NCBI GenBank assembly: GCA_030390025.1 | Contig: CM059431.1 | Span: 122,266,001 to 122,330,000, forward strand | Source: Squalus acanthias | Taxonomy: Eukaryota | Reading direction: 5' to 3' | Length of the DNA stretch: 64,000 bases | Translations under genes and position numbers: made by a program | Part shown: positions 24,991 to 36,813 of the stretch, one piece after another | How the letters are laid out: each line of letters opens with the position of its first letter | How positions within the stretch are numbered: the first letter of the stretch is position 1 | The notes under the pieces: model-generated | Told to the model about the DNA's origin: nothing | Seen by the model: only the letters and a program-made list of their open reading frames with translations | Database searches by the model: none

Positions 24991-25280
24991 GGGCCTGAAT
25001 TTGCAGTTGGTATGATGGCGTGCTCTCAGGGTACGCCGTCATACCACCTTTGAAATTGACCGCAAATTCGGGATTTCCGCATTCGCTTGCGCATGCGCTA
25101 AACTTGCAATCTGTCAATTTCCGACTGCGCATTGGCTTTGCTGCATGTTTCACCTCCTCATTCAAATCAACATGCTGGTGAAAGGTTGGGCTAATTGCCC
25201 ACCTACTGCGTATTAATTACACTGAAAACTTTTTATGTCTGGTGCAAACAGGCACAGGAGCCTGTTGCACAGCGTAAGGG
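24991..25280. mobile_element. Harbinger-type MITE end fragment
   Basis: Starts GGGCCTGAATTTGC; CpG-rich with GCGCATGCGC; right end not found. Confidence 0.5.
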
Positions 25281-25740
25281 GTGGAGCGATGAGAAAATTG
25301 TATTAGTTTATGTTACAGCCCATAACAATGAGACACTGGTTCGTGTCTGAGTGGATACAAACTTTGAAAGAAACTTACATTTGTTCGAGTTTGAAAACAG
25401 GGCCTTTTTGTGTCACTGTCTTTGCTGGCCAAAAGCCTTTTGTAGTTTCAGTTTAATTATTTCTCAACTTCTGTTTAGATAGGATTTAATTCACTTTCAT
25501 GATTTCCTCATGTTATCAGATTTTAAACTCTTGATTTTAGATTGTTTAAGTTAATCAAAAGCTAGTTAGTCTAACAGAGGAGAAATAATTTCGATAGGAC
25601 TGTAAGACTGTAATTTTAGGTTTATGTTGTTATGGCCCAGAATTATAGGGCCGATGTTAATTCAGTTGCAAGCTTTGTATAAAAAGCATCCTAATCGAGT
25701 TTTTTGGTTTTAAGGATACCTTCAGTAAAAAGTATTTTAA

Positions 25741-26550
25741 GGCCTCGAAATTCGGTAGGTTAACGCCTCCTGTTAGTGCCTGGCGGGGGCGCTAACGGGG
25801 CGCTAAGGGGTTAGCGCCTGGCCGTGGCGAATCCAATGCCGCACACGACCTTCAGTGGTGAATTAGCGCTGGTGCTAACTGTTAGCGCCTAGGTCTCTAA
25901 CGCCTCTCACATGGTGGCATCAATGCGTATGCAACACCCCGTTAACAGCCCCGATGCAAAATTGGCTTCCGCCCAATGCTTTAGCGCCTCGTGCTGACAA
26001 CGCCAGTAAGAGGAGGCATTGTGCACTTGGAAGTGCGCTGCAGGAGTGGTAATTAAAGAGAATGCTTCCGTGTCGCTTGACATCAAGTAAAAGGCGCTTT
26101 CAGTGATCGCACCGGTTATTATTTGCACCCGTCAGCTATCTGCGCAAAACTTTTTACACCTTTTCCTAAATCATCTCCAAATGATGCACTTTCCGAAAGT
26201 GATGGGGGCTGCAATAGTAGTCGCCCAGGTCGCGCTGAAAAACACCACTGATGACTATGAGGTTATACAGTGTGATTGGCCCTTCCCTTTAAGAGATGGA
26301 AGCAGCCTGTGTGATTAAAGAGTGCCGTATGGACTGTGCATGACCTTCTTTATCACTCTGCCAGTAGCACCCCGCTCTCAGAGGTTAGCGCCCTAAGTTA
26401 GGAGGGTAGCGCTTGATTTAGCGCTCCACTTCCTTCTTAGAGCGCTAACAATGAATTTCGCGGGAGTCGACAATGATTAGCGCCTCGCGCTAATTCTTCA
26501 ACTTTTAAAGTTTTAGCTCCCCACACAGGTCTATACCGAATTTCTCCTCC
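25741..26550. mobile_element. Harbinger-type MITE with TTAGCGC subterminal repeats
   Basis: TIRs GGCCTCGAAATTCGG and CCGAATTTCTCCTCC; left flank TAA. Confidence 0.75.
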
Positions 26551-26555
26551 AAAAT

Positions 26556-27316
26556 GGGGCAGAAATTTGGGTCTCCACGGGTGAGTACGCGCTGTGTACT
26601 CACCCGTAGGGCCACCGGAAGTGCCGGTTTCGCGCATGCACTGCGCATGCACGGGAAACCGGAACTTCCGGTCTCGTGAAAGATGGGGTTCGAGGGTCAA
26701 CCGCGTGCCGGAGAGGCAGCGCGCACGCAGCGAACTTCGTTTTTTTTTCAGGTTTCTCCGTGAGGGTAAGTATGGAGAAGCTGCGCAGGAAAAAAGGAGG
26801 CGCAAGGCCTGCTTTTAATAAGGTAAGTGGTGAATTAAGTACAATTTAAACATTTTTTCAACAGGTTTATCTTTTTTACATACTTCAAAGAAAGGTAAGT
26901 TTATTTTTAGCACCATTAAAAAGTGTAATTAATTTTTTCAAAAATTTAAATTTTTGTTTAAAGTAGTTAATTTATGTAATTTATAGTTATTTTAAAAATG
27001 TGATTTAAAAAAAAATTATTTGAAGTTATAGTTAGGTTTTGGGGGGTGATCTCTATTCATAGATTTGACAGGTCTTCCTGTCAAAATCTATGAATGAAGA
27101 TTCCCTGCTCCGATTGGCTCTCCATGGCCCACGTGATCCCAGGGGACGCTTCAAACTAACTGTGCCCCTGGGATACGCAAGCACTGCGCGCCGGCAGCTG
27201 CAGGAGGCCCAGGACCGGAATCCCACGCGGGCCCACAGCACAACGGCAGGCGCAATAGGTAAGTACGCGCGCGATCCTTGCACCCGCGGGAAGCCGTAGA
27301 GCTGAATTTCTGGCCC
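26556..27316. mobile_element. Harbinger-type MITE with GC-rich ends and AT-rich core
   Basis: TIRs GGGGCAGAAATT and AATTTCTGGCCC. Confidence 0.75.
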
Positions 27317-27794
27317 ATTACTATGGTTTAGTTGTTATCCAGCTTATCCTGTCTGAGTGACAGATCCCTAGTTTACTCAAGCCAAAATACACTGATATTC
27401 TGAACTCATCTCTAGTCACTTCTAATTAATTAATAGTTGTCTCTTTTAATAACAGTTACCCAGATTTTTACAAGTGTTGTTTTTAGCTTTATCACAGCTT
27501 AACTTTGTTGCTGCTTGTGGTTCATTTTGGATCACAGGATGTAAATCCCATGAATACCTTTTGATTTCAATGCATAACTTTTATCCCTGACTTTAGATAG
27601 TGTTCTTGTTGCATTACTCAATTCACCGATTGATCAATGGCTTCCTTAACACAATGAATACTTAATTTGATGAGACTAATGCTTCCTGTCTTTATCATTT
27701 ACATCTCTGCTTCAGTTCACGTCAGCTCCCATAAAAGCAACTAGATGAGTTCTACGATAAGGTTCAATCTCTTTTTCTCTCATGGAATCAAGGA

Positions 27795-28295
27795 CAACAA
27801 TAACAACTTGCATTTATATTGTGCCTTTGATGTAGTAGAATGTCCCAAGGTGCTTCACAGGAACGTTATCAAACAAAATTTGACACAGGGCCACATAAGG
27901 AGCTATTAGGACAGGTGACCAAAAGCTTGGTCAAAGAGGTAGGATTTATGGAGCGTCTTAAAGAAGGAAAGAATGGTGGAAAGGTTTAGTGAGGGAATTC
28001 CAGAGTTTAGGGCCCAGGCAGCTGAAGGCACAGTCATCAATGGTGGAGTGATACAAATTGGGGATCCGCAAGAAGCCAGAATTGGAGAAGGACAGAAATC
28101 TCAAATGGTTGTAGGGCTGGCAGTGGTTACAGAGATAGGGAGGGGCAAGGCCATGGAGGGATTTGAACACAAGGATGGGAATTTTAAAATAGAAGTGTTG
28201 CCGGACCGGGAGCCAATGTAGGTCAGCGAGCACAGGGGTGATGGGTGAAGGGGACGTGGTGCGAATTAGGATATTGGCAGCAGAGTTTTGGATAA
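27795..28295 (-). mobile_element. L2 LINE 3' fragment
   Basis: IQNSAANILIRT..PITPVLADLHWLPVRQ..KSLHGLAPPYL. Confidence 0.9.
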
Positions 28296-28314
28296 ATACT
28301 TGATAAGAAGCAGT

Positions 28315-28447
28315 GGTGGCTATTTTCACTTTACTGCCTGAGTGGTAAACTGTTGAAGCAGATCACCCGCCCGTTATAGAACCAGTCCGATTTTCTTTTC
28401 CATTCCGTTAGTTTATTGCCCAAATGGCGAAGGTGAAAATGATCCCC
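28315..28447. mobile_element. Short palindromic MITE remnant
   Basis: ATTTTCACTTT..AAGGTGAAAATGATCCCC inverted ends. Confidence 0.5.
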
Positions 28448-28635
28448 AATATCTCAGTTTTATGAAGTACATAAATAAACAATGCCCTACATCTTATGGA
28501 TAGATATTATAATAACCGCAGCTGTGCATTATTTTGGCCTCCTTAACCAATATAAAACATTTGTTCAACAATTTGTATTTTGATGGAAATAACTGATGGG
28601 ATATAGATGTGTGTAGCATAATACAATGCTCAATT

Positions 28636-28810
28636 TTAGCACAAAATCTAGATTGACACTCTAGTGCAGTACTGAGGGACGGCTTTATTGTTGGATGTGT
28701 ACATTACAACAGTGACTACACTTCAAAAGTACTTCATTGATTGTAAAGCATCTTGGGACATCTTTAGATCGAGAAGGACACTATATAATTGCAAGTTCTT
28801 TCTTTCTTTC
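28636..28810 (+). mobile_element. Internally deleted SacSINE1-type SINE
   Basis: agcacaaaatctag..acattacaacagtgactacacttcaaaag..gcaagttctttc. Confidence 0.75.
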
Positions 28811-28970
28811 CTGCACACTTAAAAATTGACTTTTGATGGCAGCACAAGCTTTTCGTAGCTTGATTTTATAAAGTGTCAAAACCAATTGGTATAAATTTGA
28901 TTAGTGAAAGCAAAGAGCTGTCAAATTTTGTATAATTGACAGAGTGAGATGGGTTCACTACCGGTGGGGA

Positions 28971-29089
28971 GCCTTGCCTTCCAGCTGTGTGGTTCAGGAA
29001 ATTGCAGACACGCTCATGGGCAGAAAATCATGAGCTGCATGCCCACGAGTTTCCAATACGTGCGGCTGGCCGGCAAGGCTCCCCACCGG
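28971..29089. repeat. Inverted repeat, probable MITE relic
   Basis: CCGGTGGGGAGCCTTGCC..GGCAAGGCTCCCCACCGG, 18-bp perfect arms. Confidence 0.8.
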
Positions 29090-30856
29090 AAGCATGTGTT
29101 CATAAAATTGCCCCAAGACATCATAGAGGGTCAATACAAAATAAAATCGCATTATTTTTATGGTACATTATCCAGAAACAGAGAATGAGTGGGAGAGGGG
29201 AGGAAAGCATCTGCACATGCATAATGCCTGTATCTTCACTCTCTTCATGAGAAACAATATGCTCCACATCACTATTAATATCATTTAAATATACATTTGC
29301 AGTCCCATGACATGTACACTCAGGTTTGTAAAATAATTAAGTATGTTCTTATTTTATAAGTTAAATGGAGACGAAGCCAAATATAATGTGATTACCACAG
29401 CAACATCCAATCAGAAAAGTTGTCTGTCTTGCAGAAGACATTAAAGCATTCCCTCATCAGCCAATCTAATCACACTCATATTCCTCTTCAAAAATAATGG
29501 ACGGTAAATGGAAAAGTTAATGGCAGAGAATGTTAATTTATCAAAAGACTATTTTTAATAAGATCTTTAAATGGCGCTGTAGTGCAGCAGAGAGATAATT
29601 GTGCAAGGTTGGGCATGAGCAAAATATAGGGGAAGATCCCCTCTGCTCAATGTGTAACAAAGTCATTAGCACATTTATGAGGAATCAGTTTATAATCATG
29701 TTACACATAACCCACAGAGAAAATCTCCCCCCCTCCCACCATGTTACAGGCTATACCGATTTCTTCTTCAAATCTACTCCAAGTAGCTTTTACTGCATCA
29801 AGATGAGCTATAATGATTTCTAATTAAAATTCAAAATTCAAAGGCCAGGAATTGTCACTCAATCACTCCTTGGATCACTGTCCAAGATGGATTTTTAAAA
29901 CTTGCTATTTTTAAAGCTATTGTACATAAATTAACTATTCTATGGAAAAGCAAGCTTGGTTCTATTATGACCATTAAAAAATAAATCATTTGGTTTAATT
30001 CCGCCTTTCTTTTAGATAGCACTTGGATAATAATTACATATTTTGAAAAATCTATATCAATCAGGTCTATTCACTTCAACCTCAAGACTCACTTCCTTAA
30101 AAAAAATTAAGTGCATTATAATTACATAATAAATTCCTTGCATCATTCTAAACCTCTCACTGATGAAAAGAACTGCAGTTTAAGCCGGATAAGTATGGGA
30201 ACTGAAAATATTTCAGATATCTGTCCAGTTTCTTATAGTTTTATAGTCAGAATGATTCTGAAATCTTTGGAAGGTAATAAAACAAATCACATGTAAATAG
30301 CGTGCCAGAGTCACGAGGTGATGCGTTGTTCCTAACTATAGACTGTCAATTGCCTATACTATGCTGCTCAAAAAACAAAGCTACATATTTGGAATTGCTG
30401 ACTCATCAGAGTTCTTAATTAACTGAATAATCAGATACAGCATTATAATCAGATATACTATCAGGCAATGGGGAAAGAATTGTCACTGTGAATTATTGCA
30501 AATTCTCTCTAATTTCACCAGAGCAATTCTACTTCTATGAGGAGAACATTTTAAATTGCACGCATGCAGCCATCAGCCAGTAAATCGATCTCAGTATTGC
30601 TTTTGCACAGACACATTGTACGATATTACTTTTAGATTAATTACATAGTACACAGGTGCAGTCACATGCCTGCTGAGGCCTGGCATGATGCTTCAAGCAG
30701 CAACAACACAAGAACAGAAAATAGCCAACTGAACTTGGAAGAGGAGGGTTCATTTATCAAATGGCAACCTCTAGGTAACATGCTTAATATGCGTGTACAA
30801 CATATCACTGCATGCATGTTTTAGGCAGACAATAACCCATTTCAAATAAACACATT

Positions 30857-31196
30857 GGCCGTGATTTCACCTACCGAGGCGGGTCCGGGGCGGCCGGGGT
30901 CGGTGGCGGGGTCCCGACCCCGCTGCTGGCTCCATCCCGCTCTGTGAAAAGAATTGTACATTGATTGGGCTTGTTAAGCCCGCTCAGCGCGTTTCCCGGC
31001 CCATTGAAGGAAGCGGGTCTGATGACGTCATTTTGATGACGCGGCATCAGCCGGTTTCCTTAAAGGGACCATGCCCAAATTTAGATCGACAGTTGTGCTG
31101 CCAGTGTTCTACAGCATTGAGGTGCTGCAAACACTGACAAGCACTGCACAGAGGTGCACGGCTGCACCCAGGCTCTCCCATGACTCCCTCCATATT
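30857..31196 (+). mobile_element. Harbinger terminal fragment (Myb-gene promoter end)
   Basis: GGCCGTGATTTC start; homologous to 4790-5092 (minus) and 52881-53220. Confidence 0.85.
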
Positions 31197-31504
31197 GAAA
31201 GTTACCCAAAATTGACATTGGCATGGAGATTTTTTAATGCTGTAATAAGTTTGTTTCAGTTCAACCACATTGCAAAAATATTTATTAAAAATACCAAATC
31301 ATTACTATAGGAAATCTTTGTTGCAAATTCTAAGAGGAGTGAGTTATTTTTTGTAAAGTTGTATTTCTTGGTTTCTTAACTTGTTTGAAATAATAAGAGA
31401 TCACAGCTTGCTGTCTCATTATGAGAAATCTCAATTAAATGACCACATGTGACAGATTTTTTCTTTTGTAGTCAAAGTCCTTTGAATGAAATGTGCTAAC
31501 TGCC

Positions 31505-31770
31505 TGTTCCGGTGGTTCAGTTGGATGTTAGAGATCCCATGGCACAATTAGAAGGACATAAGTGAATTTTCTCAGTTCCCTGGCCAAATCTGTTTCCTCA
31601 ACAATTACCAACAAAAACAGATAAACAGGTGATCCTTGTCATGGGAGTTATTGGCATAGAATGGCTTCTACATTTGCCTACATAACAACAGTCACTGTAC
31701 TTCATTGTGTGGAATGCTTTCAGACATTTTAATGGGATGTGGCACTGTATAAGTGCAAAACATGTCTCAT
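31505..31770 (+). mobile_element. Degenerate SacSINE1-type SINE, 3' half
   Basis: gatcccatggcac..acataacaacagtcactgtac..ggcactgtataagtgc. Confidence 0.65.
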
Positions 31771-33344
31771 TTATTTTACTGTTCTGTATGTAGTACTGTA
31801 CAAAACTTACTAATATAAGAATCAACCTTGCCTGTTAAAAAAATACACTATAATATGTCAGCTGATTAATATGGAAGGGTAAATATTGAAGAGAATAATT
31901 CTGTAGAATTCTGCGCTAATTATGGGCACTCCATTACTATCGTCCGGTGGTCATGAAAGGCGCTATATAAATGCAAGTCTTTCATTCTTCTTTCTTTCTA
32001 TGGCACCAATTCAAAGGTATTTCTGTCTATGACAATAGTTGCCATTCTTGGTGAAGCTTTCAGTTTTTATTTCCCCTCCAGAAAATCTTGCCTTGCCTCC
32101 CTCAGGTCTCTGAAGGAAAACTAGATATTCGAACATTTACAGTTTCTGGTGGAAATTTGATTGTACTTGAGCTGTCTTCAAGATATTATTTCAGAAGGGA
32201 TGTCAGACAGTGTCTCTGAGAGGTTTTCACTGATTTTGGTGAAAAAGTAGCTACGAGTAAAAAGTGGTGGGATGTTGGTAGACCACGCTAATGGACTATT
32301 CATCTGTATATAATGCTGCTCTGTTGATTCTGACTCCTGCAAAATGGATTAACAGTGAGACCTAAGCAAAAAGTCTGATAATACCTTGATAAAATCATTA
32401 ATGACAATGATTTGCAGCATTCTGCAGCTGCATAGTGAAACCAAAAGGTATTTTACTCCAGATCAGACCTGGAATCTGTGGCCTTAACAAATGGGAAGAC
32501 TTCACATGAAATACCTTGTTAATGAGGCGTGCATATGTGAGTAGAACGGGTCTCCTGTGAAATCAATGGAGCCCTTCCACAAAAAAAACACAGGCAGTGC
32601 AATTGAAATATGCAGTACAGCTGGCACAAGCCATTGGAAACTCCTCACTACAGAGATAACTCTAGTCAATTAATTATTGTATCATCATCGCCTTGATTTC
32701 TGATTAAGTGTATGTTATTGACAGTCACAAATTAAGATTTCCAATGGCCAATCATTATCCAATTAGTGTCAGTGTGATTAAAGACATAAACAATTCAATA
32801 GTGTTTATAAATCTGTAAGTAGCATTGGCATATGTCCGAAATTGAACTTAAATTAATTGTTCAAAATCAGCAAAAACATTTGGAATACCTATAACACTGA
32901 CATACTAATGGCAGTACAAATCAGAAAGTGTATAAGTATTTGCAAAATGGTCATACATTCAGAACAGTCAATTAGGTATACTTAAAGGTAATGTTCAGTC
33001 ATAATACACATGAACAAGTCACTGAGTACATGACAGGCCAATTGGATATAATGCAAGATTATACTGCAATAAGACATACTAACATGAAACAGCAGAATCT
33101 ACTCATAAAATCCAATGGATGAGTTTTTTCATCTGAGCCTGTTCTTAAGCTTCAACAAGTTTGCGCAGGTACCAGGAACTCGTTTCTATTTGACACGAAA
33201 AATCCAACAAAACTTGGCAGAGTTATATATATTTTCCAGTGTTTTCCCAACCAATTTGCAGGACAAAACTGCCTTTGGAGCTTGTATTTGGACAATCGAA
33301 AGGACCATAAATCAAAGCAAGTTAATGACCTTAGTTCTAAAAAA

Positions 33345-33890
33345 AATTCGTAAAAGCCTTGTTTACAATGAGATCTTTTCCATTGTAGTGGATACTTGAT
33401 CAAAATAGTTGAAGGTTGTTTGTATGTCTGTGCTTGTTGCACTCTAACATTTTTGAAATTGTTGTTTGCCTGTCATGGATTACGCAAAGAATTACTCACA
33501 GTTAACGGACCCTACTTTACACTGTAGGAGATTTCATGAAGGCAAGATGTGTTTGATGCCATTTATCATCCCAATTCAAATGGTGAAGTGGAGTGAGTTT
33601 TTAGAATTCTAAATCAAACAATGAAAACCATGGGGAAATGAGAAGTTGGCAAAAATTTACAAATGTATCGAACTAAGTGGAGCCAATAGTATCCCAGCAG
33701 TATTGTTAATGAAAAGATATTTAGATACCAGGTTTGGTCTGATGAAACAGCTATTCCACTCGGAAAATGATGAAGCACTCATTCAAAAGGGTGTCAGGTA
33801 TTTTGAGCCTCAATCTTACCTTGGTTTGTAACTACCAGAACCAGAAACAAAATGGATATTGGGAATTGTAGTGAAGGTGTTTGAACTGAT
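33345..33890 (+). pseudogene. Old Gypsy-type LTR retrotransposon integrase relic
   Basis: IVVDT*SK*LKV; LFACHGLRKELLTVNGPYFT; YHPNSNGEVE*; PAVLLMKRYLDTRFGLMK; KWILGIVV, in the order expected for a Gypsy rve core. Confidence 0.8.
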
Positions 33891-34009
33891 AAAGTGTTCA
33901 GTGGGAGATTACTTGGGAGAAAGGCATGTTAACTAAATATTACATTGTTTTGTAACCTTGTTAAGTAACCAATCCAGTGATGGTAATTAATTATTTTGCT
34001 GGAATCAAG

Positions 34010-34650
34010 AAAGGATGGAAGAATTTGCCTTTGTATTGTGCTTTTCACGTCCTCAGGATGTCTCAAATTGCTTGACAGCCAATAGATTGCTTTTGCTATG
34101 TAGGGCAGCACGGTGGCATAGTGGTTAGCACTGTTGCCTTACAGCACCAAGGACCCGGGTTCGAATCCGGCCTCAGGTGACTGTCTGTGTGGAGTTTGCA
34201 CATTCTCCCTGTGTCTGCGTGGGTTTCCTCCCACGGTCCAAAGATGTGCGGGTTAGGTTGATTTGGCTATGATAAATTGACCCTTAGTGTTAGGGGGGAT
34301 TGAATACGTGGGGTTACGGGGATAGAGTGGGATATGTGTCAGTGCAGGCTCGATGGGCCGAAATGGCCTCTATCTGCACTGTGGGGATTCTGTGAAATAG
34401 TGCAGCTAATTTGTGCACAGAAAGGGCCCACAAACAGCAATGAGATAAATAATCATTGAATGTGTTTTTGTTGGTGTTAGTTGAGGAATGCATTGGGCAG
34501 GACACTGGGAGAACTCCCCTGCTCTTCTTCAAATTTTGCCCTGGGATCTTTTAAATCTACCTGAACAGGCAGAAAGGCCTTCATTTCACATCACATCCAA
34601 TGTACAGCATATCTGACCCTACAGCACTCCCTCAGGACTGCACTGAAGTC
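34010..34650 (-). mobile_element. SacSINE1-type SINE split by an HE1 SINE
   Basis: Tail at 34010-34102; body resumes at about 34396. Confidence 0.75.
34103..34395 (+). mobile_element. HE1-type V-SINE
   Basis: A box TGGCATAGTGG, B box GGTTCGAATCC, V-domain TGTGTGGAGTTTGCACATTCTCCCTGTGTCTGCGTGGGTTTCCTCC and CR1-like tail. Confidence 0.9.
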
Positions 34651-35227
34651 CTCGTTACTGATTCTTCACTAGTTCGTCAGGTCTACTGGCAGTTATATTT
34701 ACAGGACAGTATGATGTAAATTCAGACTTAACTCCAAAGCCCCATTGACTAACACTGAACCAGTCCCACTTTAAAGGGCAAAGTTGTATGATAATTTTGC
34801 CGTGCAACCTCAGTTCTGTCCACATATATGGTTGCACTCTGCAGTTATTTTTTTCTGACAGATAATGTTAGCAGTCAGTGGAATGCATAAGCTAAAATAT
34901 TTAGTAATAAATCTCAGCATCCCCTACTTCAAAAAATATATATTTTTGAGGAATATTAGTTGTAATGTTAAAAAAAATTGATAAAGTTGCTTTAATGTAT
35001 TGGATTTATTACATCCTTCCAGCTGCTATACATGATTGCTAAAATGCATAACCAGAGAGAACAGGTTGAAACTAGTTCCACAATGAATATAGAAAAACAC
35101 AAAGTAAAAGCTCCAGGGGGCAATTTTTCCCAGATATTATCAGTGCTAAAGAGCGTCCAAAGTGTCCAAGATGGGGTCTTAAGCTGAAACACTAGGTTAG
35201 CTCTCGTTTAGCGCAAGACGCCATCTT

Positions 35228-36813
35228 ACATAAGAACATAATAAGAACATAAGAAATAGGAGCAGGAGTAGGCCAATCGGCCCCTCGAGCCTGCTCCGCC
35301 ATTCAATAAGATCATGGCTGATCTGATCCTAACCGCCAATCTACTATCTATCACAGAACCATCTCCTGCATCTAACAGAATTGCACACACGAAATAGGAG
35401 CAGAATCAGGCTACACAGTCCCTGGGCCCGCTCCACTACCCACAGGGCCATGACCGATCCGAACCTAGACTCATGTCCAAATTCCTGCCCACTCCCCGTA
35501 ACCCTTAATGCCCTTTACTTCTAGGAAACTGTCTATTTCTGTTTTAAATTTAATTAATGTTGTAGCTTCTACAGCTTTTTGTGGCAGCATATTCCATGGA
35601 CCTACCACCCTCTGAGTGAAGTAGTTCCTCCTCATCTCAGTTTTGAAAGAGCAGCCCCTTATTCTAAGACTATGTCCCCTAGTTCTCGTCTCACCCGTCA
35701 TCGGGAACATCCTCCCCGCATCCACCCGATCCAACCCCTTCACAATCTTATATGTTTCAATAAGATCGCCTCTCATTCTTCTGAACTCCAATGAGTAGAG
35801 TCCCAATCTACCCAACCTCTCCTCATATGACCACCCCCTCATCCCCGGGATTAACCGAGTGAACCTTTTTTGCACTGCCTCGAGAGCAAGGATGTCTTTC
35901 CTTAAGTAAGGACACCAAAACTGTATGCAGTATTCCAGGTGCGGTCTCACCAATACCTTGTACAACTGAAGCAATACCTCCCTATTTTTATATTCTATCC
36001 CCCTAGCAATGAAAGCCAACATTCCATTTGCCTTCTTAATCACTTGCTGCACCTGCATACTAACCTTTTGAGTTTCGTGCACCAGGACCCCCAGATCCCT
36101 TTGCACTTCAGTACTCTCCAGTTTCTTGCCATTAAGATAATAAATTGCTCTAGGATTTTTCCTGCCAAAGTGCATCACCTCACACTTTCCAGTGTTGTAT
36201 TCCATCTGCCAAATCTCTGCCCACTTACTTAGCCTGTCTATGTCCCCTTGCAGGTTTTTTATGTCCTCCTCACTCACTACTTTCCCTCCCATCTTTGTAT
36301 CATCTGCAAATTTTGATATGTTACACTTGGTCCCTTCCTCCAAATCGTTAATATAGATTGTGAAGAGTTGGGGACCCAGCACTGACCCCTGTGGAACACC
36401 ACTAGTTACTGATTGCCAGTCTGAGAATGAACCATTTATCCCAACTCTAAGCTTTCTGTTAGATAGCCAATCCTCTATCCATGCCAGAATATTACCCCCA
36501 ATCCCGTGATTTTTTACCTTAAGCAATAATCTTTTGTGTGGCACCTTGTCAAATGCCTTTTGGAAGTCTAAATACACTACGTCCACTGGTTCCCCTTTAT
36601 CCACTCTATATGTTACTTCCTCAAAGAACTCCAGCAAATTTGTCAAACATGACTTCCCCTTCGTAAAACCATGCTGACTTTGTCCTATTAAATTATGATT
36701 ATCCAAATGTCCTGTTACTGTTTCCTTAATAATGGACTCCAAAATTTTACCTACCACAGATGTTAGGCTAACCGGTCTATAGTTACCAGCCTTCTGTCTA
36801 CTGCCCTTTTTAA
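35228..36813 (-). mobile_element. CR1 LINE, 5'-truncated
   Basis: (ACATAAGA)n tail; ATCTT on both flanks. Confidence 0.95.
35471..36757 (-). CDS. CR1 ORF2 reverse transcriptase fragment, 428 aa, uninterrupted
   Basis: QHGFTKGKSCLTNL, YLDFQKAFDKV, GVPQGSVLGP, FADD, RDLGV. Confidence 0.9.
   Translation of the reverse strand: MVGKILESIIKETVTGHLDNHNLIGQSQHGFTKGKSCLTNLLEFFEEVTYRVDKGEPVDVVYLDFQKAFDKVPHKRLLLKVKNHGIGGNILAWIEDWLSNRKLRVGINGSFSDWQSVTSGVPQGSVLGPQLFTIYINDLEEGTKCNISKFADDTKMGGKVVSEEDIKNLQGDIDRLSKWAEIWQMEYNTGKCEVMHFGRKNPRAIYYLNGKKLESTEVQRDLGVLVHETQKVSMQVQQVIKKANGMLAFIARGIEYKNREVLLQLYKVLVRPHLEYCIQFWCPYLRKDILALEAVQKRFTRLIPGMRGWSYEERLGRLGLYSLEFRRMRGDLIETYKIVKGLDRVDAGRMFPMTGETRTRGHSLRIRGCSFKTEMRRNYFTQRVVGPWNMLPQKAVEATTLIKFKTEIDSFLEVKGIKGYGEWAGIWT

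Noticed and set aside
32072..32220. Plus-strand acceptor followed by a 45-codon frame
   Set aside because: No recognisable protein and no matching donor.
34103..34180. tRNA gene
   Set aside because: The A/B boxes run straight into a V-SINE body; the same holds for the SacSINE heads.
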